Source: Chiloscyllium plagiosum
Lineage: Eukaryota
Assembly (NCBI RefSeq): GCF_004010195.1
Contig: NC_057752.1
Location: 11,066,336 to 11,113,855 of the forward strand
Direction of reading: 5' to 3'
Length of the DNA: 47,520 nt
Under the pieces are notes generated by a model, which was given only the letters and a program-made list of their open reading frames with translations, ran no database searches and was not told the DNA's origin. The position numbers and the translations under genes were made by a program. This document shows, piece by piece, positions 12,702 through 25,180 of the stretch (position 1 is the first letter of the stretch; every line of letters starts with the position of its first letter).

Positions 12702-12989
12702 CTTCCAAATAAACCTGTTGGACTATAACCTGGTGTTGTGTCATATTTTCTTACGACGGGGCGTCAGATGAAACGTTAACTTGTCTTTCCACTTTTCAAA
12801 TGTGGATGGATTTTTCCAGCACGGTCTTTATTGTCACGTTTCCAGCATGTGTCCCTCCCCAGCTTATTCTCCTAGAATTCTGCATTAGACCTTTAGGTCC
12901 TCCATACGTGGGAGACTTTGTTATTGTGGTGATGCCCCTGGCTGAGAAATCGAGGCAGAGGTTAATGCTCTGGGACAGAGGTTGGTACA

Positions 12990-13100
12990 GAGATAGCGCT
13001 CCGAAAGTTAGGGTTCCAAGTAAACCTGTTGGATTATAACCTGGTGTTGTGATTTTTAAACTTTGTCCACCCCAGTCCAACGCCGGCACTTCCAAATCAT
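12990..13100 (+). mobile_element. Penelope-like terminal fragment
   Basis: gctccgaaag..taaacctgttggattataacctggtgttgtg; reverse complement of 11691-11800. Confidence 0.65.
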
Positions 13101-13485
13101 GGCATAAAGATTGTCTCAGTAATGGAACCAGCTAGTTTCCTGCGCCAGACCTTACTAGTCGACTCGTAAGCGTCTGAGAAATGGGCAAACAAGCCAATCA
13201 ACCCAGGAGCAACAAACGCTGCAGATTTAACATCTGGTAACACAATAGTACCATCTCTAAAGCTCACCCATTTCGGGAGGCCCTCCAATGATGGAGTACA
13301 GTAAATTCAGATGGGACAATTGATTTCAGAGCGCAGAGGTAATGTTCACTCAGGCTTCATTCTGAAATAACATTCACCCATAATAAAAAGACAATATTAG
13401 TCCTCACTTCCAGCTTCCTCTTATTTTGATAATATTAAATCTATTCCCAGCCATCCTCTGCTATCGGCTCAATCTCATCTTTAGT

Positions 13486-13772
13486 GGGCGGCACGGTGGC
13501 ACAGTGGTTAGCACTGCTGCCTCACAGCACCAGAGACCCAAGTTTGCACATTGTCCCCGTGTCTGCGTGGGTTTCCTCCGGGTGCTCCGGTTTCCTCCCA
13601 CAGTCCAAAAATGTGCAGGTTAGGTGAATTGGCCATGCTAAATTGCCTGTAGTGTTAGGTGAAGGGGTAAATGTAGGGGAATGGGTCTGGGTGGGTTGCT
13701 CTTTGGAGGGTTGGTGTGGACTTGTTGGGCCGAAGGGCCTGTTTCCACACTGTAAGTAATCTAATTTAATCT
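13486..13772 (+). mobile_element. HE1-type SINE with internal deletion of the B box
   Basis: Matches the 12028 copy, but gagaccc is joined almost directly to agtttgcaca. Confidence 0.92.
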
Positions 13773-14136
13773 GTCATGCTCATTAAAAGATAGCCTAACA
13801 TCAAGATATTAAAATAATACATCAAATCTCTAAATTAAAATGTGAATGATATTAACCTTTTTTTGGTGCCAAAGGTAATTCTGGAAAGGTTAATGGGTGA
13901 GGTGAGGAGAAGTGGAGAATGCTCTGACAAAGCAAAATGTTTTCAATGCAAGGGGCACTCAGGTTCCAATCCAAGTATAGCAAACATTAATTTAACTTAT
14001 CAGAGCCTAAAGTCTGCAATGGTTATGTTCACTGGTAATCTCAGGGTGAACTAATAACTATTCTGAGCCAATCAATTATTCAATTAAGTATTAAGTGAAG
14101 TTGACACCTTATCAGGTCCCATCAACTTTACTTCAG

Positions 14137-15154
14137 TAAGGCGTTCGACAAGGTTCCCCATGGGAGACTGATTAGCAAGGTTAGATCTCGCGGAATACAG
14201 GGAGAACTAGCCATTTGGATACAGAACTGGCTCAAAAGGTAGAAGACAGAGGGTGGTGGTGGAGGGTTGTTTTTCAGACTGGAGGCCTGTGACCAGTGGA
14301 GTGCCACAAGGATCGGTGCTGGGCCCTCTACTTTTTGTCATTTACATAAATGATTTGNNNNNNNNNNNNNNNNNNNNNNNNNNNNNNNNNNNNNNNNNNN
14401 NNNNNNNNNNNNNNNNNNNNNNNNNNNNNNNNNNNNNNNNNNNNNNNNNNNNNNNNNNNNNNNNNNNNNNNNNNNNNNNNNNNNNNNNNNNNNNNNNNNN
14501 NNNNNNNNNNNNNNNNNNNNNNNNNNNNNNNNNNNNNNNNNNNNNNNNNNNNNNNNNNNNNNNNNNNNNNNNNNNNNNNNNNNNNNNNNNNNNNNNNNNN
14601 NNNNNNNNNNNNNNNNNNNGCGTGCAATTCTGGTCTCCTTCCTATCGGAAAGATGTTGTGAAACTTGAAAGGGTTCAGAAAAGATTTACAAGGATGTTGC
14701 CAGGGCTGGAGGATTTGAGGTATAGGGAGAGGCTGAACAGGCTGGGGCTGTTTTCCCTGGAGCGTCGGAGGTTGAGGGGTGACCTTATAGAGGTTTACAA
14801 AATCATGAGGGGAATGGATAGGATAAATAGACAAAAGTATTTTCCCTGAGGTTGGGGAGCCCAGAACTAGAGGGCATAGGTTTAGGGTGAGGGGGAAAGA
14901 TAAAAGAGACCTTAGGGGCAACTTTTTCGCACAGAGGGTGATACGTGTATGGAATGAGCTGCCAGAGAAAGTAGTGGAGGCTGGTACAATTGCAACATTT
15001 AAAAGGCATTTGGATGGGTATATGAATAGGAAGGGTTTAGAGGGATATGGGCCGGGTGCTGGCAGGTGGGACTAGATTGGGTTGGGATATCTGGTCGGCA
15101 TGGACGGGTTGGACCGAAGGGTCTGTTTCCATGCTGCACATCTCTATGACTCTA
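14137..15154 (+). mobile_element. Young CR1/HER1-type LINE 3' part spanning an N gap
   Basis: [21 protein letters not shown] ... LERRRLRGDLIEVYKIM; tail ctctatgactcta. Confidence 0.93.
14358..14619. other. Assembly gap
   Basis: Run of N. Confidence 0.99.
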
Positions 15155-15584
15155 TTTTGGTGTGTGGTTGAGCTTCTTCAACCAAGCAGGAAAACCAAGG
15201 AGATCTGCCATGGTAATTTTGAATAACAGTGCCCAAAAATGCAGACAATGGCAGATTTCCTAGCTGTTACAGTCTGACATATAAATCCTCTCTTCAAATG
15301 GGAATATGCTGATACTAAACAGCGATAATTGGAACAATTTTAACATATTTCAGCAGAGCTCCCTTCTTGTGAAGCAGAAAAACAGGAAACCACAGCACTC
15401 TGTAACAGACAAAAGACTACATAGAAATGCTTTCAAACGGCCATCGGGGTATTCATGTTAATAGTGTTGGCTCCTTTACTCTAACTACATTGCAAATACT
15501 ATGCACATCATGTTCAACACGAGCACTTAGATTGCATTAGTGCCACATCTCGATGCGGCTCTCAGATTGGCCATCACTTACCTC

Positions 15585-16025
15585 AGCTGTGCCGCGCCTT
15601 GCCGCCTGAGCTCTGCCATGCCTTGCCGCAGCTGAGTCCCAGGCATTCTGCTGTGCCTTGCCTCAGGAGCTCTACCACATCTCTAGCATGCCTTGCCACA
15701 GCTTTGCCGCACCTTGCTACAGTTCTGTTGAAGCTCTGCCGCCTGACCTTAGCTGCAGCTCTGCTGCTGGAACTCTACTGCGCCTTGCCACAGTTCTCCT
15801 GCAGCTCTGCTGTGCCATGCCACACTCTGCTGCACGGGTTCTGGCACACCTTGATACAGCCATGCCACCTGATCTCTGCCATAGCTCTGCCTCTTGACCG
15901 TTGTACCTCCGATGCTAACACACTTTGCCACAGTTGTCCTGCAGGCCTGCTTTGAGCTCTGCCATATCTTGACGCAGGTCAGCCATGCTGTGCTACATCT
16001 CTGCTGCATGAGCTCTGGCACAACA
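15585..16025. repeat. Degenerate GC-rich minisatellite (units like ctctgccatgccttgccgcag)
   Basis: Many imperfect copies of ctctgc / ccttgcc. Confidence 0.65.
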
Positions 16026-16088
16026 TTTCCTATTTGCGCCATTGCGTGCAAAAATCCCACTCTCATCTAAAAGAGAGTGCAATATATT

Positions 16089-16321
16089 CAAAATTACTCC
16101 ACAGAACCCAGTATCCTATCGCCAAGTTACCTTTTATTTACATGTGGAGAGTCCTTGACACCGATCCAGTTCCCTCAGAGCTAGCTCTGAGTGAACAGAC
16201 CCTCTGACACTCTTCTTTATATCTGTCAGCCAGGGCTCCCTGATTAGACCAGATTAACTGCCCCAATCAGGGAACTCATTCTTTGATGTCTACCTGGCTG
16301 TCCTTGTTACAAATCACTCCA
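16089..16321 (-). mobile_element. Degenerate solo LTR (Gypsy-type)
   Basis: Both ends are homologous to 39342-39706; minus strand has TATAAA followed by AATAAA. Confidence 0.7.
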
Positions 16322-16864
16322 ATACAACTCGAATAAAATGACTGAAAAAAAAAAAGAGACCCATCTTAAAGTTGATAGGTTAGAAGTGGGGACATGGGAT
16401 TAGGATCGCTGTTCCTGTGGAAGATAAACACCATTGGTTAGTTGGGTTAAAGAGCCTGTTTGCGCATTGCGATTTCTATGTAATTCCGTCAGTTATTTTA
16501 AATTCACCTGACTTTGCAAAGTCAGGCAAAGTCATCTCAGCCTGCGCATGGGAACATACTGCATGAAAAAGGCAATGAACTCACTGCTGTTATTAATGTA
16601 ATCAGAATAAATGTATAGTGCTTTTACCAAAGACATTCCTTGCTGTAACAGATTCTTCCCATCATACACAAATAATTTTAATCAGTGCTAAATCAACTAT
16701 TTTTAATATTTATATTATTTATCTCTGCTAACATTTTTTGGACATTTCTGTATTTAGCTTTCTGGAATGCTATTTTGCTTAATCCCTTAACCTGTCTTGC
16801 ACTGCCCTTACAGTAATAATTATACCTTGCCTTGCTATGCTTCAAGTTGAAATTGTTTTTAAAA

Positions 16865-16990
16865 ATTCACTCATGGAAGTTGCTGGCTGATAAACATTTA
16901 TTGCCTGCCCCTATTTGCCCCTTGAGAAGGTGGTGGCGAGCTACTTTCTTGAACTGCTACAGTCCATATGCTGTAGGTTGACTTATAATG
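16865..16990 (-). mobile_element. LINE 3' end fragment (same tail as 36040-36142)
   Basis: catttattgcctgcccctatttgcccccttgagaaggtggtgg. Confidence 0.6.
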
Positions 16991-18556
16991 GAGTTACAGC
17001 AGGTTTTAATTCCTCTAATCTCTTCTGATTTACCTACCTGGAAAGTTAGCCAGGAGCAGTACCTTTTGAAGTGTCTGACTCTATGAGAGTTGGGTGCAAC
17101 TCTCGTCTATGCTTCGGCAACTAGAATCTTCCTACTGGAAAATCTAAGCCTAATACCTTAAAAATTGCACAGCCAAAAGACTGGGCCACTGAAACATTTT
17201 TTTTACAGCATTCATTCCATGAAGAAACAAAAGAGAGATCATAAGGTGTCATGTTGCCGAACCTGTCAGACAGCCGTCAGAAAATGTCAGGCACATCTCC
17301 TTAACAGGATTCTGATAAATACAAACATAGAAGAATTTAAAGTACTCTAACTTTGATACAGAGGCTATTGATTACTCGTCCATTTGCAAAAGGAATCTTT
17401 CAACCAAAAACATTTGAGAACCACAGATACAAAAAAGAAATCACACCTTCTTATTCTGTGTCATTGTGAAAGTGTAACCATGTCCTATTTCCACAGAAAC
17501 ACCAAACACATCAACTGGGGAAAACCAACTTGCAAAATGGATAGAGTTACCAAATTAGGAATTGAACCTAGTCTCTTTAATTAGGAGCATATGGATAGAA
17601 CACAGACCAACAAATGAAAATCAGAAGACAGGGGGAAAACAGGGAAGAGAAACTTTAGGAGGTGAAAAAAAAAAATCAATCCACTTGAAGGAAAATAAGC
17701 AGATACACAGTCTTTCTTCAGGAAATGAGCAGCCATCACGTCCACAGAAACTCTCCCACAAATGGATTACTTGAAGTCTAGGAATGGCAAAAAGACTCAG
17801 GCAGGCCAAGAGGGTATGAAAAGGCTTAAAGTCTATACCAACCAAAGATGACCCTACCTTTTCCAACATGACTTTCCCAGTGCTTATACTCCCGCATGCA
17901 GACAACATAATGGTAATGGGGTAAAAGAAGAGCTAGTTTCCTAACCCTGCTATGAGAGAGATTGCCTGATGCAAATCAGTACAGGAGGCCATGTCACAGA
18001 ATTCAACATTTAAGAATAGTCCAATGCTATCTTTTGGCTGCATAAATGAACAAATTTAAACAACTTCAGTTTTGAACCCTAGTAACAAAAATCCAAATCT
18101 AAATGATCAGAATGTTATTTTACTCATTTTATTGTTATTTTAACATTCTCTTTGAAATAATTGTAACACTGATCTGAATTTGACCCTTGCCTATGACAGA
18201 AGTTAATTCTGAAATCAAACCTTTGAATTTTGTAAATGTATGGCATGTTTTGTACTCAGAAGAGATGAGGTTACATTGTACTTCAACTCATTAATACACC
18301 AAAGAGCACTTCCTGAAACAAGCTCAGCTGCCCAGAGCCGAAAGGTTCACTCTCTCTGGTATAACTGACAACAGATGTATCAACTGTCTCTGGACAAGTT
18401 AGTGGGGAAAAAACAAAGCGAGAGAGCGTGAGGGAGCATCTGGTCTATGCTATTGAATACACACACTCTATTCCAAAATTTCTGCTTATTGTGGGATTTA
18501 TTGAGATGGATGGAATGTTGATGCAACAGAGTTGGGAAGCAGTTGGCGAGATTGTA

Positions 18557-18875
18557 GGGAATCTAATCTAATCATACAATGTGGAAACAGGCCCTTTGGC
18601 CCAACAAGTCCACACCGACCTCCGAAGAGCAACCCACCCAGACCCATTTCCCTCTGACTAATGCACCTAACACTACGGGCAATTTAGCACGACCAATTCA
18701 CCTGACCTGCACAGCTTTGGACTGTGGGAGGAAACCGGAGCACCCAGAGGAAACCCACGCAGACACGGGGAGAATGTGCAAACTCCACACAGACAATCGC
18801 CCGAGGCTGGAATTGAACCTGGGACCCTGGTGCTGTGAGGCAGCAGTGCTAACCACTGTGCCACTGTGCCGCCCC
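18557..18875 (-). mobile_element. HE1-type SINE (tail inverted)
   Basis: Reverse complement of the 12028 family. Confidence 0.92.
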
Positions 18876-19399
18876 CAAATGGCAACATCGATAATTGTTG
18901 GTAACAGCGACGAGAGTGGGATCCTGAGTTCTGAGAAAATATGTGGCTTGCTAGGACTGCAACAGGGAGGGGCTGGGATATGGGTGTACTTATAAAGGTG
19001 AGGTGCAAAGTATAGGAAAGTGAGGGAAAGGAGGCAAGAGAAAAAAGGAAAAACAGCATGATTATTGTTCAGGAATATAGAGGTAAGGGAGCACTTAAGG
19101 AGAAATGGAGACTGGGACAGCACAGGCAAGGGTCTGGGAGACACGAGGGTGTGAAATTCTATATAGAAATCACACACAAAGTTGCGCTCATTGACGTTCA
19201 TCATGTTCTACTGGCTCAACTGACTTGTGCTAATTACAAAACCATTACTATCATTTTCACAGACCAACTCGCCTCAACTCCCTCTCATTGCCATATCTTA
19301 CTTAGTAGTAAAACACACCTCTTCACTTCAGACACTTTTTTTTTAAATTGGCTGGGAGAAAAAGGAAAGTTTCCTCAACAATACTACAATTCACTGGCA

Positions 19400-19600
19400 A
19401 AAATCGCAAAAGTCCTTCGAGACCATCGCCTCATCAGGGAGAGATGGCCGGTGGGAGGTTTAACCGGAGAGTACCTCAGGTGAGGGGCAAAGTTGAAAAG
19501 GAAAGTCCTTCTTCATGGTAACCTCAGCCAGTGCATGAACTGAACCCACATGGTTACTGTCATTCTGCATTACAAACCAACTATCTGAGCTACCAACTCC
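19400..19600 (-). mobile_element. Old tRNA-derived SINE of another family
   Basis: Minus strand starts ggtagctcag..gggttcagttca..ggctgaggttaccatgaag. Confidence 0.5.
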
Positions 19601-19719
19601 CATTCACTGTACTACTGCTGAACGACAAACACCTGATAAGTTGTGACGCTTTCAAAGGCCATTGCAAAGTGCTTTATTTCTTTTAGAGGAATAAAGTTGA
19701 TGCAAACTAGCTGACTCAC

Positions 19720-19841
19720 CTCGGCATAAGATGGAGGAGCTTCGGTGTAAGGTGGTGCCTGGGGAACTTGAGCAGTGGGGAATTGGTTTGGCGGAGCCAT
19801 ATTCGGCTGTGTAGGATAAGCTTGTTGCGGAGGATATGCCC
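19720..19841 (-). CDS. DAZAP2: DAZAP2 homologue, coding exon 2 (GAYPPQQAYPTQPNMAPPNQFPTAQVPQAPPYTEAPPSYAE)
   Basis: ttttag acceptor and gtgagt donor; 122 nt. PQAPPYTEAPPSYAE matches DAZAP2 PQAPPYTDAPPAYSE (PPxY motif). Confidence 0.95.
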
Positions 19842-20599
19842 CTAAAATGGGAAGATTACACACAAGAGATTCAGTTCAGAGCACCATGATTTGAGACTTA
19901 AATGCAATAATCGATGGTTTATCAACCTCCAGTCAACCGATTCACTGTTGGCATAGGCTGTATACAGTAGGAACACCGATGGCAGAATCTAATGTATTTT
20001 TGCAGCTTGGTCTTAAGCTAGCGTACTTTGGAGCAACTTTTGCCACTGGGCCGAGCAAGATTTCTCGCTGTATCTTACCAACTCACCTTATTAACTATTT
20101 ACCCTGCCACTATGGAACCCCTCTCATCCAATTCCATTCCCATCACACCATGTGCCCAGACAAGTGTTGGTAGTCCAGAGTTGCATCCAATCTGTTGTTA
20201 TGTCATGGCACAGTAGCCACAAAGTCAGGCTGCTCAAGGCACATAGCTGGCACAGCCGATGCTCCCTCGCACATTAAACTCCATTCTGTCACCCTTGTGA
20301 TAGTTCAACCACCATGCCACACACTTTGGTATATCCACAGGTACATCCCATCGGAAAACCCTCAAAGTCAATGCCACCTTGTCCCCAGTGCCAACTGTAG
20401 ACCCACAGTTTATCATTTATATTGGGGAATGATAATCACCTACACATAAGTAATCAGACAGATAATTCCAAACATGAGCTTTTACGCTCAAAACCAACAG
20501 ATGCTGAACTTCATCCCTACAATGCAAACCGAATGCTGGGATCATGACCAAGGCCTATTTTGCACTCCACAATAGTCTGCTGCACCCAGCTCTCATCTG

Positions 20600-21260
20600 C
20601 ATGAACGAGACGTCAATAAGGCCCTTCATGGTTTGTAATAGCCAATGCTCCCGAGCTCTGACATGCAGAAGGAGAATTTCCTCCTCCCCAGTATCCTTAT
20701 GCTCCTCCTTGGAAGGCTGCTCGAATTCTCCTAGTTCCTCAGCATCTGTCACATCACCTCACTGCCTGCTCCAATTGTGTAGAGCACAGCTGGCTAGAAT
20801 GATACAATCCAGACTACATTGGAGCACCCTCTCCCCGCCTCAACCAACTCCTCTAGAGACCGGCACAAGCAGCAGAACCACATCTTCAGCAGCCCCATGC
20901 TCTGCTCCATCACGGCCCAGGTCAAAGCATGGGCAATATTAAACCTGCGCTTTGCATCAGTCAGGGGGACTGTTCTACGATAGCAGGCACATGGCAGTGG
21001 GAACACAGACCACTTGACATTCATGGAATGGAACCCCTTCCTGTTGATAAATTCCAGTGTTGTGATACAGCTCTCTCAGTGCCAGGTGTGTGCAGTCAAT
21101 AGCACCCCACACCTGGCAAAGTCCAACTCCTACTCTGCAGCTGCAGCACAGACTTTGTCATGGCGAAATGAAATGGCCTGGTGTGATCTTGCATAGCTGG
21201 CATTGGTCACTGTCCTAATGTTTTTGTCAGTGCGCAGAAGCACCAACAGTTGTTATTCCC
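20600..21260 (-). mobile_element. PIF/Harbinger DDE transposase fossil (HARBI1-like), frameshifted
   Basis: Minus-strand peptides GAIDCTHLAL, FINRKGFHSMNV, RRFNIAHALT..MEQSMGLLKMWF, CALHN. Confidence 0.85.
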
Positions 21261-21354
21261 TGTTGCACAGATGTTCAAAGTGGTTAAATACAAAAAGTAG
21301 TAAAACAAGGATCCAGCCTTTCTGCTCAACAATGACTCAAAAAAATGTAGAAAT

Positions 21355-21740
21355 TTATGGTAACAGTAATGTCACTAGATTAGTTAAATTAGAGGCCCAA
21401 TCTAATGCTGACAATACCAGTTCAAATCCCAGCAAGGTACCCAGTGAAACTTAGACTCAATTGAATTGTCTGGGATTAAACAATTCTGGAATTGAAAGCT
21501 AGTCTCAGTAATGTTCACCGTGAAACTATCAATTTTCATAATAACCCGTCTGGTTCATTAATAACCTTCAGGAAGACAATCTGCTGTCCTTTTACCTAAT
21601 CTGGCCCAGAACGGGCTCCAGACCCATAACTGCCTGCTCAAATGGCCTAGCAAATCATTAATTCAGTTCAAGGGCATTTAGGGCTGGGCTACAACTGCTG
21701 GCCTTGCCAGTGACACCCACACCTCAAAAGAATTTTTAAA
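21355..21740 (+). mobile_element. tRNA-derived SINE, second family
   Basis: Homologous to 29892-30243 and 35375-35700; tail shared with the LINE end at 36040-36142. Confidence 0.7.
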
Positions 21741-22131
21741 AAGCTATTCTAACCACTGAACACCAACCCCAGTAACTGCACAATGGCGTGGGTTCCATGG
21801 TCAGTGGCTAAATGCCAACACTCACTACAGCCCTTGAAGAAAGCTACCCACATAGATGAAGACATCACTTTGACATGGATTTGCATTTACTCAATGTTAG
21901 CTTGAATCGAACACTAAGACATGCAAGTAATGAAATAGTAATGTATGATGGAACAGTGAATAATCAGCAGTCAAGAGAGCAGAACATTATGTACCAGGGA
22001 GATATTTACTTACCTTACAGTACAGTATGTATTATAGTGTAAATAAAAAACAGTTTTGCTGAAACCTACCAGTGACAGACTATAGTCACTGGTAGGTAAA
22101 GTAAACCTTCTTAACATAGACCAGGGTACGA

Positions 22132-22410
22132 ATTAGATTAGATTAGATTCTCTACAGTGTGGAAACAGGCCTTTCAGCCCAACAAGTCACACCGACCCTC
22201 CGAAGGAGTAACCCACCACTCCCCCTGACTAATGCACCTAACAAAACTATGGACAATTTAGCAACCGCCAATTCACCTGACCTGCACATATTTGGATTGT
22301 GGGAGGAAACCAGAGCACCCGGAGGAAACCCACACAGACACAGGGAGAATGTGCAAACTCCACACAGACAGTCGCCCAAGGCTGGAATCGAAGCTGAGAG
22401 TCTGGCGCTG
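22132..22410 (-). mobile_element. HE1-type SINE, 5'-truncated
   Basis: (TTAGA)n tail and V-domain; A box missing. Confidence 0.9.
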
Positions 22411-22417
22411 TTTTGGA

Positions 22418-22730
22418 ATAGATTAGATTAGATTACAGTGTGGAAACAGGCCCTTCGGCCCAACAAGTCCACACCGACCCGCCGAAGCGCAACCCACCCA
22501 TACCCCTACATTTACCCCTTATCTAACACTACGGGCAATTTAGCATGGCCAATTCACCTGACCTGCACATCTTTGGACTGTGGGAGGAAACCGGAGCACC
22601 CGGAGGAAACCCACACAGACACGGGGAGAACGTGCAAACTCCACACAGTCAGTCGCCTGAGTCGGGAATTGAACCCGGGTCTCAGGCGCTGTGAGGCAGC
22701 AGTGCTAACCACTGTGCCACCATGCCGCCC
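22418..22730 (-). mobile_element. HE1-type SINE, full length, young
   Basis: Near-identical reverse complement of 12028-12350. Confidence 0.93.
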
Positions 22731-23704
22731 CAAGGAGACATTCCAATAGGAACCAAATGTGGACCCAAACTACAAATCAATGGGAATACTGTGACATTTA
22801 GCAGCAATGATGTTATCAAGCAGGGTAAGAGACAAATCACATTGAGAATATTCTCAGCCAGTAAACCAAGAAACAAAAAGAAAAAAGAAAAATGTTTTTA
22901 AAATGTCTGTACACTTCGGAGTTCCATTTTCACAGCTCGTGAAATAAATGACTGAAGCATACACATGGACTCAAGTTAAAATACGAACCAAACTTTAAAA
23001 ATATGAACGTAATCATTCTGGTGATATTTGACATTGTACATATGTAAAAAATTAGTCCTTCAGGGTCAGTTAGCCTATTTAGCAGTAATTATGAACTTCG
23101 TGTGCTGAAAATCAAACTCCTACTATTCTCAAAGGCATCACAAAAGTTTAATTATTTTGGCGAACTACACAAGGTCCCCACTTTACCTGTCAGATAGACC
23201 CAGGTTAACCGAAAACATGGACAAAACTTCTGTACTTAAACTGTATTTTGCAAATAAAATATGTTGTAACCATAGCGGAAAAACTATGAATGGTCAACAT
23301 AGAACTCTCCTACTTTAAATTCTAATACCCTTTTAAAACATCCCACAGACATACACATACATACATACAAACAAACAAGGGTGTCATGACTGGAAAGAAA
23401 CAAAATATTGGGGAAACAGCCTAATATCACTAGTCCGCAGGATTCAATGAGGTATCCATTTCATTTCCCAAGTCGCTCAGTTCTCTGATCTTTTCCTTTG
23501 ACCTCTGAGACGTCTTCACAAGATGTACAAAGCAACTGAGTTATGAATTATAAAGTCTCTGATGCATTGGTTAGAAGTTACACAGTTTACTGCACCTAGT
23601 GGGATAAAATGAACTGACTTTCTTCAGGAGGGAGCGAGATGAAAAAAAAGAGAGGAGACAAAGACTTCCACAATCGTTCACCCCATCATTCAGGTACTCA
23701 AATC

Positions 23705-23840
23705 GTTCCGGAGAAGGGTCAGCAGACTCGAAATGTGAACTCTATTTCTCTCCATAGATGCTCTCAGACCTGCTGCATTTCACCAACGTTTTTGGTTTCT
23801 GTTTCAGTTCTTCAGCATCCGTAGTTCTTAGTTTTAATTT
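23705..23840 (+). mobile_element. Penelope-like terminal remnant with decayed hammerhead
   Basis: ccggagaagggtc..gactcgaaatgt..agatgct..agacctgctg. Confidence 0.55.
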
Positions 23841-24229
23841 GACCAACGATATAGTTGCTGTTGGCCTTTAATTTGTGCAGGTGTGACCAGTTGCAGATGT
23901 CAATCAGCAACCTGTTGCCAGCCAAACCTCACTTTGTAGGCAGCTCCCTGGAGCCAAGCCATCTCCTGTTACAGCATCCTCTAGTGCAGGACTTACAATG
24001 AGCTTCAGTGACTTGCTTTTTTGAAGAAAAGCATCTCTCTCTCTCTCCTTCCTCAGTCCTTTTCAGTTCAATTCACGATAAAGAAGTAAACTAAAATGGT
24101 AGGGTCTTTATATTAGTAAACTGTAACAGCATCCTTAGTCAACAAGGTGCAACATTCCCCACAATCTTTGGAGCAAAACTAATAACCTAAAAACGGAAGT
24201 TTTCATTCAGTTTTATTCAAGCCAACTCT

Positions 24230-25180
24230 AAAAAGAGATGGAGTCATGTTGCAGCTGTACAGGAAGTTGGTGAGGCCACTTTTGGAGTACTGCGTACAAT
24301 TCCAGTTGCCCTGCTGTACAAAAGGATATTATTAAATTGGGAAGGGTGCAAAAATAAAAAAAAAGATTTACCAGGATGTTACTGGGACTGGAGGGTTTGA
24401 GTTGTAAGGGGAGGCTGGAACATTTTTCACTGGAGTATAGGAGGTTGAGGAGTGACCTTATAAAAAGGTTTATAAAATCACAAGGGGCATAGATAAGGTG
24501 AATAGCAATGATTTTTCCCTTGGGTAGGGGAGTCCAAAACTAGAGGGTACAGATTTAAGGCAAGAGGAAAAAGATTTTAAAAGGGGCAGCTTTTTCACAG
24601 AGGGTGGTTCGTATGTGGAATGAACTGCCAGAGGAAGTGGTAAATGCAGGTAACAGTTCTAATTTTTAAAAGACATTTTGACAAGAAAGGTTGACAGGGA
24701 TATGGCCAAACAAAGGTAAATGGGACGAATTTAGTTTGGGAAACTTGGTTAGCATGGACAAGTTGGACTGAAGGGTCTGTTTTCACCCTGTATGAGTCTA
24801 TGAAAGGAGAAGGAACCTTATAGAGGGGTGTAAGATTGAAGGGCATGGAGAGGTGAATAGAAAGAAGCTGTTCCCCTTAGTTGAAGGGTCAGTAACAAAG
24901 GGGCATAAATTTTAAAAGGTGAGAGGCAAGAGGTTGAGGGTATTTGAGAAAACATTTTTTCACCTGAGGCTGACAGGAGTCTGGAATACGATACCTAGGG
25001 GAGCAGTATAGGTGGGCAACCTCATACCTTTTCTTTTTAAAGGTTATGTGGATGAGCATTTGAAACTGTATAACATTGAAAGCTATGGGCCTAGTACAGG
25101 GTAATGGGAGCAGAGTAGATGTAGAGTTGCTTTGAGTCAGAGCAAACTTGATGGCATTTAGTACTGTACAATTCTATGAT
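24230..25180 (+). mobile_element. Two tandem CR1 3' fragments
   Basis: gtgaccttata..aggtttataaaatca and cagagggtgg..tggaatgaactgccagagga, with a second degenerate copy from ~24815. Confidence 0.8.

Larger units (their letters stand above)
11691..12741. mobile_element. Non-autonomous Penelope-like element with inverted termini and hammerhead motifs
   Basis: Left arm ~11691-11925 is inverted to right arm ~12632-12741. Degenerate TSD catatattcttaacga (11675-11690) / catattttcttacga (12742-12756). Confidence 0.65.

Noticed and set aside
15599..16066. Overlapping Leu/Cys/Ala-rich ORFs
   Set aside because: By-product of a stop-poor minisatellite.
20794..21024. Possible host HARBI1 gene
   Set aside because: Frameshifts, deletion and stops; a transposon fossil.
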